Of a DNA stretch of 64,000 nucleotides, positions 14,768 to 28,723 are shown piece after piece (position 1 is the first letter of the stretch; every line of letters starts with the position of its first letter). Below the pieces are notes generated by a model. It saw only the letters and a list, made by a program, of their open reading frames with translations. It had not been told where the DNA came from and did not search any database. Source of the DNA: Kudoa neothunni (taxonomy: Eukaryota > Animalia > Cnidaria); contig OZ199840.1 of assembly GCA_964304625.1 (NCBI GenBank), positions 1,132,733-1,196,732 of the forward strand, written 5' to 3'. Position numbers and translations under genes: made by a program.

Positions 14768-15191
14768 CAGTGAAACCTCGGACTTCGATCATAATCCGTT
14801 CTAAAAGTGTATTCGAACCCCGAATGACTTTTTCCTGTGCAAAATAATGAAAATCAATTTAATCCGTTATCGCGCATCAAATAAATGACTATTTTTATAC
14901 TTATTTATGAAAACACATGTGTACCTTGTGTTTATAATATATAACAAATAAATATTAAATATAATAAAAATAATATATATGTAAATATTTTTTGTTGTCA
15001 TACGACAGATTATAAAAGTTTCTCTTTTGATGATGGTTGCACAATTTGATTCAGCGACTCTTCTTCTAGAGTTCCTTTTCTTCTCGGTTTCTTGTTCCAA
15101 CCGGATTTATTCTGAAAACGTTTTCTATATGAGTTCGAACAAAAAAGAGTTTGTGACTCAAAATTTTTGGTTGAGCTCCGAGATTCTACGG
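14768..15191. mobile_element. pogo/Tigger-like MITE, ~424 bp
   Basis: Reads TA|CAGTGAAACCTCGGACTTC ... GAGCTCCGAGATTCTACGG|TA: imperfect TIRs with a TA TSD. Confidence 0.75.
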
Positions 15192-16288
15192 TACATGAGA
15201 AAGTTTATGAAATTTTAGACTTTGTTTTGCGCAGTAATAAAGTTAAGAAATTATTTAATCTAATATAAAATTAGTGATCGGAGACATTAAGTTGTCGTAC
15301 GAGCATTAATCTTCGAATAAACATTATATAAGTTATCATTGATAGTGTCCAATAGGGGAGAATTCGTAACAGGTAGCGTTGATGAGCCAGCAATTTGGTT
15401 TAAAAATAAAATGATGGAACAGGACCCGTAAGTAATCGGCTATTTTTTTAATTAAGCTAAAGTTTAATCACTTTATTTCTTAGTCGAAATAATAAGAAAT
15501 ACTCTTCATATCTATTACAAAAACATACTTATTTCAGTCATACGTGATAACGTAAAATTGATAACAGATTAACGAAAATCTACCTAACCAATTTATTTTA
15601 TAATTCTATATAGATTTCCTTTAATCAATTATTTTTAATATATTTATTTCGAACTAGTTTATTGCAATAGGCAATATAGCGGCCAATCGTTATTCATTTC
15701 GATACGTTACACCTGTAATAATTTCACGTGATCTGGAAATAAAAATCATTGTTTTTCATTTTAATCACTACTTTATGTTCAGTAGATTTACTAGTCATGT
15801 AAATAATATTTTGCATGTATCTATCATAAAGAGGCAAACCTCAGATATTTCTTAACTATCATCCAACTCTAATATGTGTGTGTACAAAACGTGCATATTT
15901 TAAGCTAATTGTGCATAATTAGAGTAACGTTAGTCACTTTTTATTTTATATATTTACTTTGTATTAATAACATTAAATCGTCTTTATTCGTTTTTAAATA
16001 TTTTTTTGAAATAAAAATTAAGGAAAATAAATAAAAAAAATAGGAAAAATTATTAATCACAAAAATACATATTCAATTTTGATAGAAAAGGTATAATATT
16101 TTTCAAATTATAGACACCAATATTTTTAGGAAAATTTATAAACTAAAAAAAATATTATTCTTTATAAATATCGACTTTTTTATTCCAAATATAGTTTTTA
16201 TCGGTAATAATAAGAGATTTAATAAATATTGAAAATCTCAATCGAAAGTTTGTGATGACAATATTTAAAATAAGTATATGAAAAAAAT

Positions 16289-16307
16289 TATATATATATA
16301 TATATAT
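16289..16307. repeat. (TA)n microsatellite
   Basis: Direct reading of the sequence. Confidence 0.85.
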
Positions 16308-17329
16308 TTGTCTGTGATTAAATAAATTACGTAGTCGTTAAATAAATAAAACAAATATTTTTATATAAATTGAGTTGTTCTCATATATGTTTGAAAAACG
16401 CGCATCTTCCTGTCATTTTATTACATTATGCACACAAATATAATAGTTTTCTCATTTAAATGAATAAACAATATTTAAAACAATAGTTGTATGAGGCGAA
16501 ATAATTTCTCTAACGAGTAATTCGTAAACTGAACTTGGATTCCTTCGTATTGCATGTATTTTTCGTTAACCCGAAATAGGAAATTCTAATATAAATTGAA
16601 ATTTTGTGTTATTCATAAATAAATAACATAATAATTTTAGAATATTATTAAAAAATGATAATTAAATTCTAAACCCTCATTTTAAGGGATCCTTCGTTTA
16701 TCCACATTGAGTTATGTAATGTATCTCCATAGATACATTAAGCTTATTGTACTTGTGGCGACCAGTCGCCAACGCGACGTACGTGCGCAAAAAATATATT
16801 CTCTAATAAAACTGGATATATAATCTAATTATTAACGCGTGGCCACAACGTTTTATTTTACAATGAAATAATGCTTCTTTAATATCGCCTTGAATGACGA
16901 TATAGTTATGTTTTGTTCTTTCTTTATCAATAGAAATGTCTGGTGCAAGCATCATAATCAACCGGCCTTTTCAGGTTATTTTTCACCTATCCAGAATAAT
17001 TGTTTTTTAGAATGAAACTACGTAGAAATATTCGTAGTATAGGATTTTCTGCCTCACATGTTGAGTTTTAAATGAGTCAATATTTGATTTATCTAATTTT
17101 TTCACTTATTCTAACCTAAGACTTTAGTACCAGAGCTGTCAGGGCTTGGATTTTCTTACTTAAACTTGGGGTTTCTTGGACCCCAAACCGATATTAAACG
17201 AGGTATAGAATTTTGCGTAGTAGTTTGCAAAACTTTTTATCATGGCTATTCTCATAAATTTATGATAGTTAAAACTTACGAAACTTTGAAAAAAAAATAA
17301 AAATAATATAGCTCAGAAAAATAAAATTA

Positions 17330-19503
17330 TCCTTTAACGAACTTGGGGTCTAAAAGACCCCAAGTTTTTTTGTTTTGTCATTATTAAAAAAATATAAAAA
17401 TGCAGAAATTTCTATCGACGAAACTTTGAGGAAAATGACAATGTAATGTGTAAATTAATCCTCTTTTAATCCCCTCGGGAAATCCGCCAGTACTTTTGTA
17501 TACAATCGTTAACAAAATTCAACATAAATATGCTGTTTGGCGTTCGTTCTTGATTGTTTATGACTTTAAAAATCATAAAATGCTTACAAACTGTTGAATT
17601 ACGTTTGTCAAATCATTTTATAACACTAAATTATATTTCGAAAGTGTTTATTATTTTATTAATATCGATGAAGTTTTAGGAAATACATTTTTAATACACA
17701 TGAACCCTACATTACTGATATTTTTATATTGAGATGATATTCTTATTTAACTTTTACTTCCTTCAGCATTGATGATTTTTAACTAAAAAAACGATATCAC
17801 TCCATATGGTTATTTCGACGCACGAGTGAGTTATATTTTTTGAAGCGTGACGAGTGTCCTACAGATGCTACGGTAGACAAAAATGGAACGGTGTGGACTT
17901 TGAAAAAGCACCTTTCATCGAAAGTTTGTCTTGAAAATACACTTTCTTCTCGACCTGATCCAACGGCATATTCAGTTCAAAGAATAAAAAATAAAAAATA
18001 TTTGTGGTGAAATAATAAAATATACAAATGAATTTGGAAGGAGTCGCTTCAAAGATTCTTGGACTCATCTAGACGATGTTGAGTTTAAGGCATATTTGGG
18101 AACACTTGCTTCGATGGCTGTTCATAAAGATCGAGAGGAGCCTTTAGTCGAGCTATTTAGTGTTTCCGAAGGAAAAGAATTATATCGTCAACTTTTTTCT
18201 TATAACCGCTTCAGACAAATAACGAGATCGCTGCATTTTGATGATGCAAATACTAGAGTTCAAAGAAAGGCGACTGATCAATTCTGTGCCATCCGTAGTG
18301 TATGGAATATGTGGGTTGACATTTTGCCGTTGTGTTTCTCTCCTAATGAGGATATAACTGTAGATGAGCAGTTAGTGCCAGTTTAGGCAATATATGCCAT
18401 TAAAACCAGCCAAATATGGTTTAAAATTCTTTCTTCTGGCGGACCCAAAGGATAAATATGTTCTTAACGTCTCTCCATATCTTGGAAAAAACGGAAGTGA
18501 AGCTAGTCGAACCTTAAACGTGGGTGAAAACATTGTACTTTTTCTCACAACCCCATTTCACTTCTTTGGGGTTTGCAACAAAATTACTGGCGAAACAGTT
18601 AACATATTTGGGAACCATTCGTCACAACAAACGAGATCTGCCATCTTGTGTTCTTCCAAACAGACGAAGAGAATTGTACAGCACCACATTTGCGTTCTTC
18701 AAAAAAATATGTTGACATCATACGTACATAAAAAAGGTAAGGCTGTTATTATATTATCAGCTGACATCAACAATACAGATAAAGACAAGGAAATGGGCAA
18801 AAATAAGCCAGTAACTATCTTACACTACAACAGAACAAAGGGTGGTGTAGATACCATTGATAGAATGTTGTCGTCTGTTTCAGTTAGAAGACTTACTCGA
18901 CGATGGCCAATGATTGTATTTTTTAATATGGCCGACTTATCTTTAACCAATGCTTTTGTGTTATTTAAATATATTTTTGTTGAACAAAAAAAATTGCGAC
19001 GTCAATTTATGAAAGAGGTGGCCCAGGCCCTTTACGGACCATTTCTTGCTAAAAATACACTTGACAAGAAAATTAATAAAAGAAGTCATTCAGCTCTCTC
19101 CGCTAAACCAGTTATTGTAGATTCTAATTTGAAAAAGAAGAGTCGATGCGAATTTTGTCCTCGAGAGACTGATAAAAAACTAACATCCGCTGTGTTAGCT
19201 TTTTCTGTCGAGACCATTCATCAAAACAATGTAAGTTTTGTTGAAAATAATACTAATTTTATACCAAAATATAATGTGCATTGTTTTTATTATTTTGCGT
19301 TATTAGACTTGTTTCATGTTACTGCGGAATGTTTACGAAACGCTGTTTAAGGCAACCGAGCCAGATTAGATAAGATTAATGGTTTTATGAAATGTAGTTT
19401 CTCTGAAAATTCATTATAATTTTTTTATCGCCTAATAATATTTTTTTGGTTATGTTTATGCAATAAAAACTTGGGGTCCAAATACCCCAACTTCGTTGGA
19501 GGG
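17330..19503 (+). mobile_element. piggyBac-family DNA transposon (degenerate)
   Basis: Inverted ends TCCTTTAACGAACTTGGGGTCTAAAAGACCCCAAGTTTT and AAAACTTGGGGTCCAAATACCCCAACTTCGTTGGAGGG enclose a PGBD-type transposase. Confidence 0.85.
18030..19350 (+). pseudogene. piggyBac (PGBD-like) transposase pseudogene
   Basis: RFRQITRSLHFDD, ITVDEQLVP, MPLKPAKYGLKFF, HYNRTKGGVDTID, TRRWPMIVF and C-terminal RCEFCP. It has stops and frameshifts, and the segment carrying the second catalytic Asp (before FTSL) is deleted. Confidence 0.9.
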
Positions 19504-19726
19504 TGGCCATTTTTACATAACTTAGAGGTTTAGAATCCCGCTGGCAACCCTGTTTAATATTCGAGTACACCTACGCAATCCGTGTTGGCGAGTAGTCGCC
19601 GTGTCCTTATTATACATAGCAAGAGAATAATTTATATGCATTAAAAAACTGTTTAATGATACAAGATATACTTTGTTGTGTTAAAATAAGCTAAAAAATA
19701 TAAAAAATTCTCTTTTCTACTAGGAT

Positions 19727-21265
19727 TCATATATCATTTTGTAACTTTAGAATGTAGTTGGATAGGAAAGTGGTAGTTCTATCGTCCTTTAAAACCCCAA
19801 TATGACCAATGTCGGAAACGACATGGACAGTTTTATCAAACTTCCGCGAATTACCCTCAGAAATATGTTCGCATGATTTGAGCTCATCTTCAGTAAGTGT
19901 ACCATCCCCAGTGCCATAATGCTGAGAACTTAGATCAAAATTGAGATGTTGATTGAGAGTGATAAAATCAATTGTGGGCAAATTGGACGCTGTAGATACA
20001 TAATAAATTTGTTTCTAGGCGCTGTTGAGTCCAAACTGTGGGTAGATTTAGTTGGTTGATTTCGTCCAGAATTTCTCCTAAGAGTCGTTTTTGAACTGAG
20101 GTTACATTTTTTAGTGTGTATGTGAGGTCGGGTGTTTTTATAACCACCTACAAAGAAGTAAGTGAATTATCACAATTGTCGCTCGCCATGGTCAGCAACT
20201 CCAACACATACTTTATCCATTCCAAAATACGCTTTACTAGGAAATAGATAGTACATTGAGGGAAAAGTAGAAAACAGATTTTTGACGCTAGTTCTCGGTA
20301 GAATAAACTTTGGGAAAATATCGTTGTATCCAAATATTGCGGTTAATACTGATTTAACGGTCCCAGCAAACGCACCATTAATAGAAACAAACGACAATAT
20401 GTGTTGATGTTTCCATTTGGTGGACTTTGTGGAAAGAAAATAATTGAATAATGGTGCCCCCATACTGTGACTTATGACTATGGCTTTTCTATTGTATTGT
20501 TTAACCAAATTTTCGATCAATGAAGTGACATTATTGAAATAGGGAGTAAGAGCGGGTTCGGCTAAGAATATAATTCATTTTCAAATTCACCCACAACACA
20601 CATCACAAATAATAAAATACAAGGAATTTTTCTGAAATCATAAGCTGCAGCCTTTAAATTCAAATTTTTAACGTAACCATGACGTGTGAGCATCTTAATA
20701 ATTGAACTAAAGTAGCCGAAAGTTCGTATAACTGAATCCATGAGATATTCCACTGATTCAACATCGCCAAAAGGAGGCAAGTGTATTTCAGTGCCTGGTA
20801 TGTTTTCCATGGTTTTAGTAGTACTGTTGAAAGCTAAACTAAATCGGTAATTTAACTAATTGAAATTTTGTTGATGGGTATCCTCTTACGAAAAATAATG
20901 AATGAAACAATCCAATGGAACAAGATCCCACAGACGCAACCAAACCTGATGCATCTCCGACCTGTTGGGACAATGATCATAGGCGGAATTTGGTGTTCTC
21001 TCAAATTTTCCATACAATGTACTTCCTAACATTCCTGGAACTATGAAAAACAAATACCACATCAACGAAACGCCAACAAACGTGTCTACTTAGAACCACA
21101 GGGGGAAGATTTTTAGGTTGTATAAAGAATTGATCAGTAGGAGGTCGGCATTTAATGGAAACATTATTTATCACTAAGCATCCAACTAGCAATTCTAAAT
21201 AAAGCCAATAATCTCTAGAACATACTTAGTGAATGTGTTAACAATGTACCCCAAAATAATCGCAT
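19727..21265 (-). CDS. LCAT / lysosomal phospholipase A2 (group XV)-like acyltransferase, paralog 2
   Basis: MRLFW-ELLVGCLV..., PPVVL-IPGMLGS, AAAYDFR, SHSMGA, TGDGT and IGH. Several intron positions are shared with paralog 1. Confidence 0.92.
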
Positions 21266-23949
21266 CTAGCACACCAATCCTAATATAAAAAAGGGGCTGC
21301 GACTTCGCCAAAATCAACTACACTGTTAAATCTGCTTATTATCGCATCGACTCACTCTAATTATTGTGATTACACAATAGTGTTAACAAAGTGTTCCGTA
21401 AATAAAAATCTACATGTATTTACGTGTAAAAGCGGAAAATTCGGCTAAGTTTGAAGTTTGTACAGTTGTTGTCTTTTTAAAAATTAAGAACTGTATCAAA
21501 CGGCAAATAAACAAAAAACATGCTCAGCCTACCACCACCAAACTAAACCTGCAACCTTAATAATATGAGCCAATGTAAAAATCCACTAATCTCCTATAGA
21601 ACAAAAGACATTGACCCATAAAATTTAATTTAATGGTTATATGTCAAAAGCCGTCCCCTCTTTTACCGGTAACAAATGCGCTAACAACGTCCAGCAGTAA
21701 CAAAAAGAGTTTTAGATTAAATCACTTGGGAATACGCCGAAAGAATATGGTCTATTCAAAAAATAAAGTTCATCATAGTCAAAATCATAAAATCCAAACA
21801 ATTATATTTTGTAAATAAAAATAGCTATACCTTTAAATCTTTTAATTCCATGATAATTCTTTTCCCGTGCATAATTGCCTTTTATTATTTTCACGGTTGG
21901 CGTCGTTATTACTCTGTGAATTTTCATACCACTGTAAAAATACATAAATCAATTGAATTATTTGTTATGCGTTTAATTAACACATTCATAATGTTTGATC
22001 AAGAATTATTTAAATAACAATGTTGGATTTTAACTAATAACAGGATAAAAGGATTAGTATTGGATAAAGCAACATCAAAATATAGTTAGTATGTTTACAT
22101 AATTTACAATAGGTATTTTATAAAGCTTCAAAAATAATTATTTTCAAACAAGTATGTATAATTTAAGGCTGATAATTTTCAAATTTTGTAATCATGTGCT
22201 CGCGCAGGTATGTAATGTATTTTCCATATTGATAATATGATAATTGTAATAAATTATATATACATTATTGTTGTTGTTGTTGTTTTCTTTCGTGTATATT
22301 TAATTTGAAGGTTTCTTTAGATTTTGTTAATTTAGGTTATTTTATCAAATCCTATAAATCTCATCGCAGAAAACAATAATTTCCATGATGTAGGTATCAA
22401 AAAGATGCGCAGATTTTTATTTCAATTTTAGCCGAAAGAAAACTCAACTTTAATCTGAAAAATTACGACCGAGATAATAGGGTCAATATTGATCTCATAA
22501 TGAGATATTGCATGATTATGAGTGTAATTAAATTTTTGTCGTGACTATATAATTCAATACTTCCACGATTCATGATAAAAATTCACGTTCTACATTTTAG
22601 TAATAATGGAGATTGGAATCCAAAATTTCACGTGACCTATTAAATTTAATAATATTTTAATTTCGCTTGGTCAATTAATCCTTTTTAAAAACTGCATTGC
22701 ACCTGGAGGTTAATCATAAATAAGTAACAACAATTTTCAATTTAATTAGTGTTAATTAAACAAAAATATATCTTCACTAGTTTAAATTTTTACTTTAAAA
22801 CTACCAAAATAAATATTGTAAGTATTTATTATACGCTATTTTTTAAAATATTATATACTTTATAAATATTCAAGTAATAAATTAATAGGAAGTGGTTTAG
22901 CTCTAATTTCAAAATATATAATGAATTTTATGGCGGCATAAGATACAATAAGATAAAAATAGGCGACATGTGGATCACGTGACTAAACGGGTTTTCACAG
23001 TATTCAGGCGCGAACTGTTAATTGGCTGATTTTTTATAATTAGGGGCCAGAAGAGATCATAAAATTTAATATTCCGGATAATTACCATATTTCCAATTAT
23101 TAATATTTTCTGAGTTTAAACAACGATTAAGCTATGAATCTGAATAGTTGTATAGTTTAAAGGAAGTGGCTATTAACAAGGATCGCAATATAGAGAAAGG
23201 CCAAAAATAATTAAATAGAGCAGATTATAAAAAATAAACTTTATAGATCAACTATAAATAGGAGTAGCCGGGATTAAGAATGGGAACCGCGCATGCGTAT
23301 TTACAAGTTGGGGTTTAAAAACTTACGTGTCAATACAATAGCCGTGCCTAGTTTAAATGTAGTTTAGGCGTAATTTTAGTTGGCCGTTTTAATGGCATTA
23401 AATAATTCTTATTGTCGGAAGGATTGTTATTTTTTATAACTGATATCTACTGATGGAAGGATATCTCAATTGGATTTAAAAAAGAGGCGAAACGTGGTAG
23501 GAAAATTATTTTTAAGACAATTTTCTGAAAATTTGTTATGCAATCATCACCTACTAAAATTTGAATGAATGATTTCTGCACATGACAAAGTTTTGATTGG
23601 CGGTCATCATTTTTTTACTGACCGAACAAATACCATATTGATTTGGTCTTAAAATTCACCCAATCGTTGATGTGTGAACATCCTTACACTAAGAAATTTA
23701 TTCGTTTGTATATTTCCGTTTGTTTGTGTTAATTCAACTTTGATTCAGTAAGGGTGTGTTTTGGATTGGACGTATTACTGAGCTCGTGTAAAAATTGTCT
23801 TTTGATATAAAAATAATGTATTTTTAATTTAGAAGACATTCAAAAAAAATTTATTTCGACCGAACTTTGCTATAAACCCCCTCAATCCCCATTTAACAAA
23901 GTATTAATGCGACAGAAATATACAACTACGAAAAACACAGCAAAATACA

Positions 23950-24490
23950 AATCTAATTGATCGTAAACCAAAATCTTTTTAACGAAGATATAAAACCATC
24001 CCTTAAATCTTGATTGTTTTCCATCTGTATTGAAATTCATCGAGAAATTCGTTGATACCATCCATACTGACAGAACCATATTCATTAACCGAAAATGTCC
24101 TGTTCCTTGGTGATATTTTATATTTGATTGCATCCCGGGTACTTTAAATGGTGTTTGTGTGAGCTCCTGTGGTACTATCCACATATTCTATATTGTGATT
24201 CACAGTGAGGTGAGTGTAGAAATTGTATAATACTTCGTAACTTTTGAAGCAGTCAGTTACGATAATAGAGCCAGGATGGAAGCACGTTTTAATTTTTTGG
24301 ATAAGAGTTCCAGCGGTTCTGTCAGGAGCCTCCGCCGAAAATACCTTTCGATCTGATCTCCTTTCTACACCTCTAAGAATCGCAGCCCTCTGTTATGCTT
24401 CATCTTGCCAAATTTGGACCCATCGATCTCTACAACTATGCCCTCTAAGCCTAAACTATCCGCTACCAACTGGCAAAGATAGTGACAATA
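23950..24490 (-). pseudogene. Merlin/IS1595 (ISXO2-type) transposase remnant
   Basis: Minus-strand translation by eye: GLEGIVVEIDGSKFGKMKHNRG...GVER...PDRTAGTL...HPGSIIVTDCFKSY...HLTVNH...TGAHTNTI*. Not in the ORF track. Confidence 0.85.
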
Positions 24491-24769
24491 GTTAGTTATT
24501 GTTTGAGAACGTGCCCAGCAATTGCGCCCAGGTTAACGATAATTACACCTACCAACTAGGAATATGATCATTCCAAAAAATCGTGGAATTTAATTTTCAT
24601 ATTACTGAAAAATGTCAAATCAAAAATAGAAGTTTCTTTTCTACACGATTTAGAACAGCATCGCCAATTTTTTCGGTATGCCATCGAAATTATCTTCATA
24701 AACCATTACACACTGTACAGTATTAATGACACAATGCCCAGCAGAATTGAAAACAGCAACCAAAAATGG

Positions 24770-25600
24770 CAAATGTTTACTGATGGGGTGATTTTAAAAG
24801 TTAAATTACAAGCACAAGCTGCCAGAGATTTAAATGTTCCACGCTAGACCTTAAATGTCGTAATAAAAGCTTACGATGTTGAGGAAGGAACGTATAAGGC
24901 CTCAAAGGGAGGTTCTGTCAATGTGACACTGACTGAAGATCTTAAACAACGTCTTCTTGATCTCATAGAAGACAATTTTACGATAACCCTACAACCTATG
25001 TTCGAAAAGCTAGATTTGTCGATTCATAGAACCACAGTTTGGAGACGGCTCAAAGCATTCAAAATATCATCCAAAATGATCCGCGGTATTCCAAAAAGTA
25101 GGAACTGTGCTGAAGTAAAATAAGAGCGAAGCTGCTTTGCGAATTGGTGTCAAGGGATTTCTCTCGATATACGACGCTACAAAAATTCAAATTTTGTCGA
25201 CTAGAGTCCCTTTTCGCTCCACATGCTACGCTTCCATGGGCGTTCGCGAGTGGGAACTACAACAGACCTAGTGGTGCAAAACTGTAGAGGAAGAAATGTC
25301 ATCATGAGTGTCATTAGCTTGGTTTGTTGCGAGGCTGTGCTTGATGGTGTAAACCATGTTGTTTTCCAAGAATTCTTGACAAACCTCAAGAATATTCTTG
25401 GCGAAGGCAATTACATTATAATAATGGACAATGTGAGGTTCCACTATTTACCGAAATATTCTCTACATTTAATCCCTTTGAAGAGGTTTTCCCCAAATTA
25501 AAAGTAATGTTCGCCGAAGCGGACCATTGACCATTACAAGAAACCAATGATCTGTTGGGGAGAATTCATCTCATTCAGTCCCAGGAACGCACCTAAACAA
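24770..25600 (+). pseudogene. Tc1/mariner-IS630 family transposase remnant
   Basis: HTH-like QAARDLNV and LSIHRTTVWRRLK; FVD*SPF, IIIMDNVRFH and YLPKYS..LNP motifs, with stops and a deletion. Confidence 0.8.
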
Positions 25601-25763
25601 ATAATTTCTAGGAAGCTGAAACATGTTTGGGCCGCAGTCTCACGTTCCAGGATATTGGGCGCGAGCAATGTTAGAACAATTAATATTATTTCCAGAAATT
25701 TTATTTGTTTTCGTTAAATCGAGAGTTAGAATAACGAAAGAACGTTATATTAATCGAAAAAAT

Positions 25764-26809
25764 GATAAAAATGCAGGGTAGGGCCCCATATACACAAATA
25801 ATTCGCGAGGGTTAATGATTTTTCTCCGCTGAAATGAAGCTGTTTCAACGTGTAGATAATTTATCAAATTATAATAACGTCATTAATTTTTGTTTGACAA
25901 ACAAGCTTATATCGGTAAATAAATTATGTCCTCGCTGTGGAATGCAGATGAATTTAGTGAATTTCCAAAATATCGACAGTTTTATTTGGAGATGTCGTCT
26001 GAATTGAATGGTTGCGATACAAAACTGTCAATCTGATCAGGTTCTTTTTTCAGCCATTCAAAAATGGGAATTCCAAAAATCCTTCTATTTATTCGCTTAA
26101 AGGTGAAAAATTATCCATCTAGATCTAGAATAATTATAGATGATTTTGAATATGCACCCTACACAATTGTTGACTGGAACCGGTTTCTACGAGAGTTTTG
26201 TGTGGAAATTTTATGATCGAAATGTCAACAATAAGATTGGTGGACCAAGTGAAATAGTTGAACTCGACGAAACCCTCATAGTTAAGAGGAAATACAATCG
26301 AGGAAGAGTCATTAAAGAACAATGGCATTTTGATGAAATCTGTCGCAAGATAGTTGACAACCAAAATTTGAAACCTTCATCGAATTTGTCAACGACAGAA
26401 CAGCTCCAACTCTCCTTGAAATAATCGTGCGACGGATTGAGCCCGACATCATTGTCTCATAATAGATGGATGGAGGGCATATAACAACATTCCGCATTTG
26501 GATATGACTCAACATGCAATTATACATGAGGAAACTTGCGTAGATCACGAGAATTCTGAGGTACATACCCAAAATATCGAAAATCATTGGCTCTGTTTAA
26601 AAGAATGCTTCGAGCCAAAGGAACACCCAGAAATCCGCACGACTGGGAATATATTACGGAGTTTTGTATAGAAAATAAAAAACATTTATTTAAGCCATTG
26701 ATTCATGAAATACAACTAGATTATCCAGTGTAGTAGCAGTAGCTGTATATTGATCGTTAATCCTCGCGGATTGTTTGCGAACGCATAGGCCCCATTCTGC
26801 GTTTTTACC
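25764..26809 (+). mobile_element. Merlin/IS1595 element with degenerate transposase
   Basis: IGGPSEIVELDETLIVKRKYNRGR and HTQNIENHW motifs. Imperfect ~55-bp TIRs (GATAAAAATGCAG...GGGCCCC...CGCGAGGGTTAA versus TTAATCCTCGCGG...GGCCCC...CTGCGTTTTTACC). Flanks GAAAAAAT/CAAAATAT are a 6/8 match. Confidence 0.8.
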
Positions 26810-27033
26810 CAAAATATATTGTAAACAGCAACATTTATCAAATTTAACATCAGCGCCATACGCAGATATAAAATTCGTTGATTTTCGTGTTTAAAAATTT
26901 GAGAATATTTTACCAACATTAGAAAAGTATATTCGGTTATTATTTTTAGGCTTTTTTCGATCCAAATTAATATATTTTAGGATAATTTGATATATCATCA
27001 TAGTGACCACTTCGTATCGGTGGCTATTGAACA

Positions 27034-28723
27034 ATGGACTATTACGAAGTTGTCGATGTGATACGTTCATGGTTATTCACACCAATACGCTTTCATATGA
27101 TCTCCAATGTGATTTTGCTAGTAGAATTAACTCGACATCTATTTAATATTAGTCCCTTTTATCATAATTCTAATATGAGTAAGTTTTTGATGGGTGTTTT
27201 AGGCTATTACGTTGTTGGGTTTATATCCTCGTATTTTATAGCGCAAAAACTATTTGAAATAAAAGATGATTGCAGTTTTTTCCCCTCATATGCATCGGTT
27301 TTTCTGCCCAACACACAGTCAAATCAATTATTTGTGATGTAAGAATATATCGACAAGTGGCCACATCCTCTAAATTTATAAATCTAGAAATGCCCTGATG
27401 TCATTAAACAATTATTCAGCTTATTATTACACATTGCTACAAATTTTTGTGTATTTAATTCATCTGAAACTTTTGTCTATGATCTACCAGGAGATACCAA
27501 GGGTGGGTGAATGAAGAGTAATTGCCGTGGTTTATATGATAATCTAGGTATCCAAACCAATACTGATTATTTGGTTTGTGTTGGATGCACTATCGTTTGA
27601 TTCTTTGTACTCCAAATGCTCCCCAGTCCATCCTATTGGAGTGATATTTTTCAATGCCGCTACTGTTTGTATGATGCGTGATTATTGGAGTTGTTCTTTA
27701 TTGTTATTAATGTAATTTATTATCTTGAAATTAATCTTTGGTTTTCTTCTAATAATTAAAACAAACTATATTAAAATTATTTAGTCTCTACTCGTTGTTG
27801 AATTCATTTTCTATTTTTGTAATGCCTGGTTATTGGTTTTTGTTGGCGTTGAAATTTGGTTCGCTGAAAGCTAATTGTACCGTAGCTGTGTTAATAATGT
27901 TGATTGTAAGTGGTGCTATTCTCAGCCTAACTAAAATATTTCTGACCCAATTGTTTTAGAATGTCTTAGGTAGAGCCATCAATTCCACCGAGTTGCCAAA
28001 TGATTTATTTGTTCGCGCGATACTTGATTTTGAATTTAATTGGTCCAATGTTTTACCATTTGTGGTTTATTGTGTGATGCTGAAGAGATTCTCTTCTACG
28101 TGGTATAGGTAATTAATTTTACATTTCAAATCATATATGTATATATTAGATTGTATCATGTTGAAAACAAAATAGTAAAAAAGTTGGAATCCAAAAACAA
28201 TCATTCCACATCCAATCTAATAGATATGACTATGCTTAAAAGCGAATCGATCGCCATTGACCATAACCAGCTAGATTTCCTTTCAACCGATTGTAAAAAT
28301 TCTTGGCAAACTGTTTGGATGATCTAGGTTTGTGATATTGTAGTAATTTTGTATGTGATATGGTCGGCCCACCTCTGCGGGACGCTTCTCAAATTGCCCT
28401 TAACTCTCTCATTTCTCCATCTCAATCATCTGCACACTATTCCCTATTTGTTATTAAGTACCAACTTGGGGACATTTCATAAGTAGAATAAAATTTGTTG
28501 GATGATTTTTTACGATTAGGTTTGGTTTAGACTGTTGGGAATAATTTTGTGTGACTTTCTGCTAAATCTGGATTCCACCACATTTCCTGTCAACTCTTTT
28601 GTGGTTTTCTCGCTTGTCGTCTGCATTCTGGTGGCAAACATCAGCACCAGAACGTGGAAGTCATGTGTTAGATATAATTTGGGAATTACTTTCTACAACA
28701 GGATTTTTGGTTATATCGATTGA
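27034..28723 (+). CDS. Unknown multi-pass membrane protein (~7 exons; 3' exon joins uncertain)
   Basis: The first five exons splice in frame at GT-AG sites (donors ~27339, 27503, 27712, 27906, 28109) into many hydrophobic segments. No family motif recognised. Confidence 0.65.

Noticed and set aside
27034-27420. TRIC/TMEM38 channel assignment for the membrane protein
   Set aside because: The apparent similarity depended on a reading frame that the splice phase does not use.
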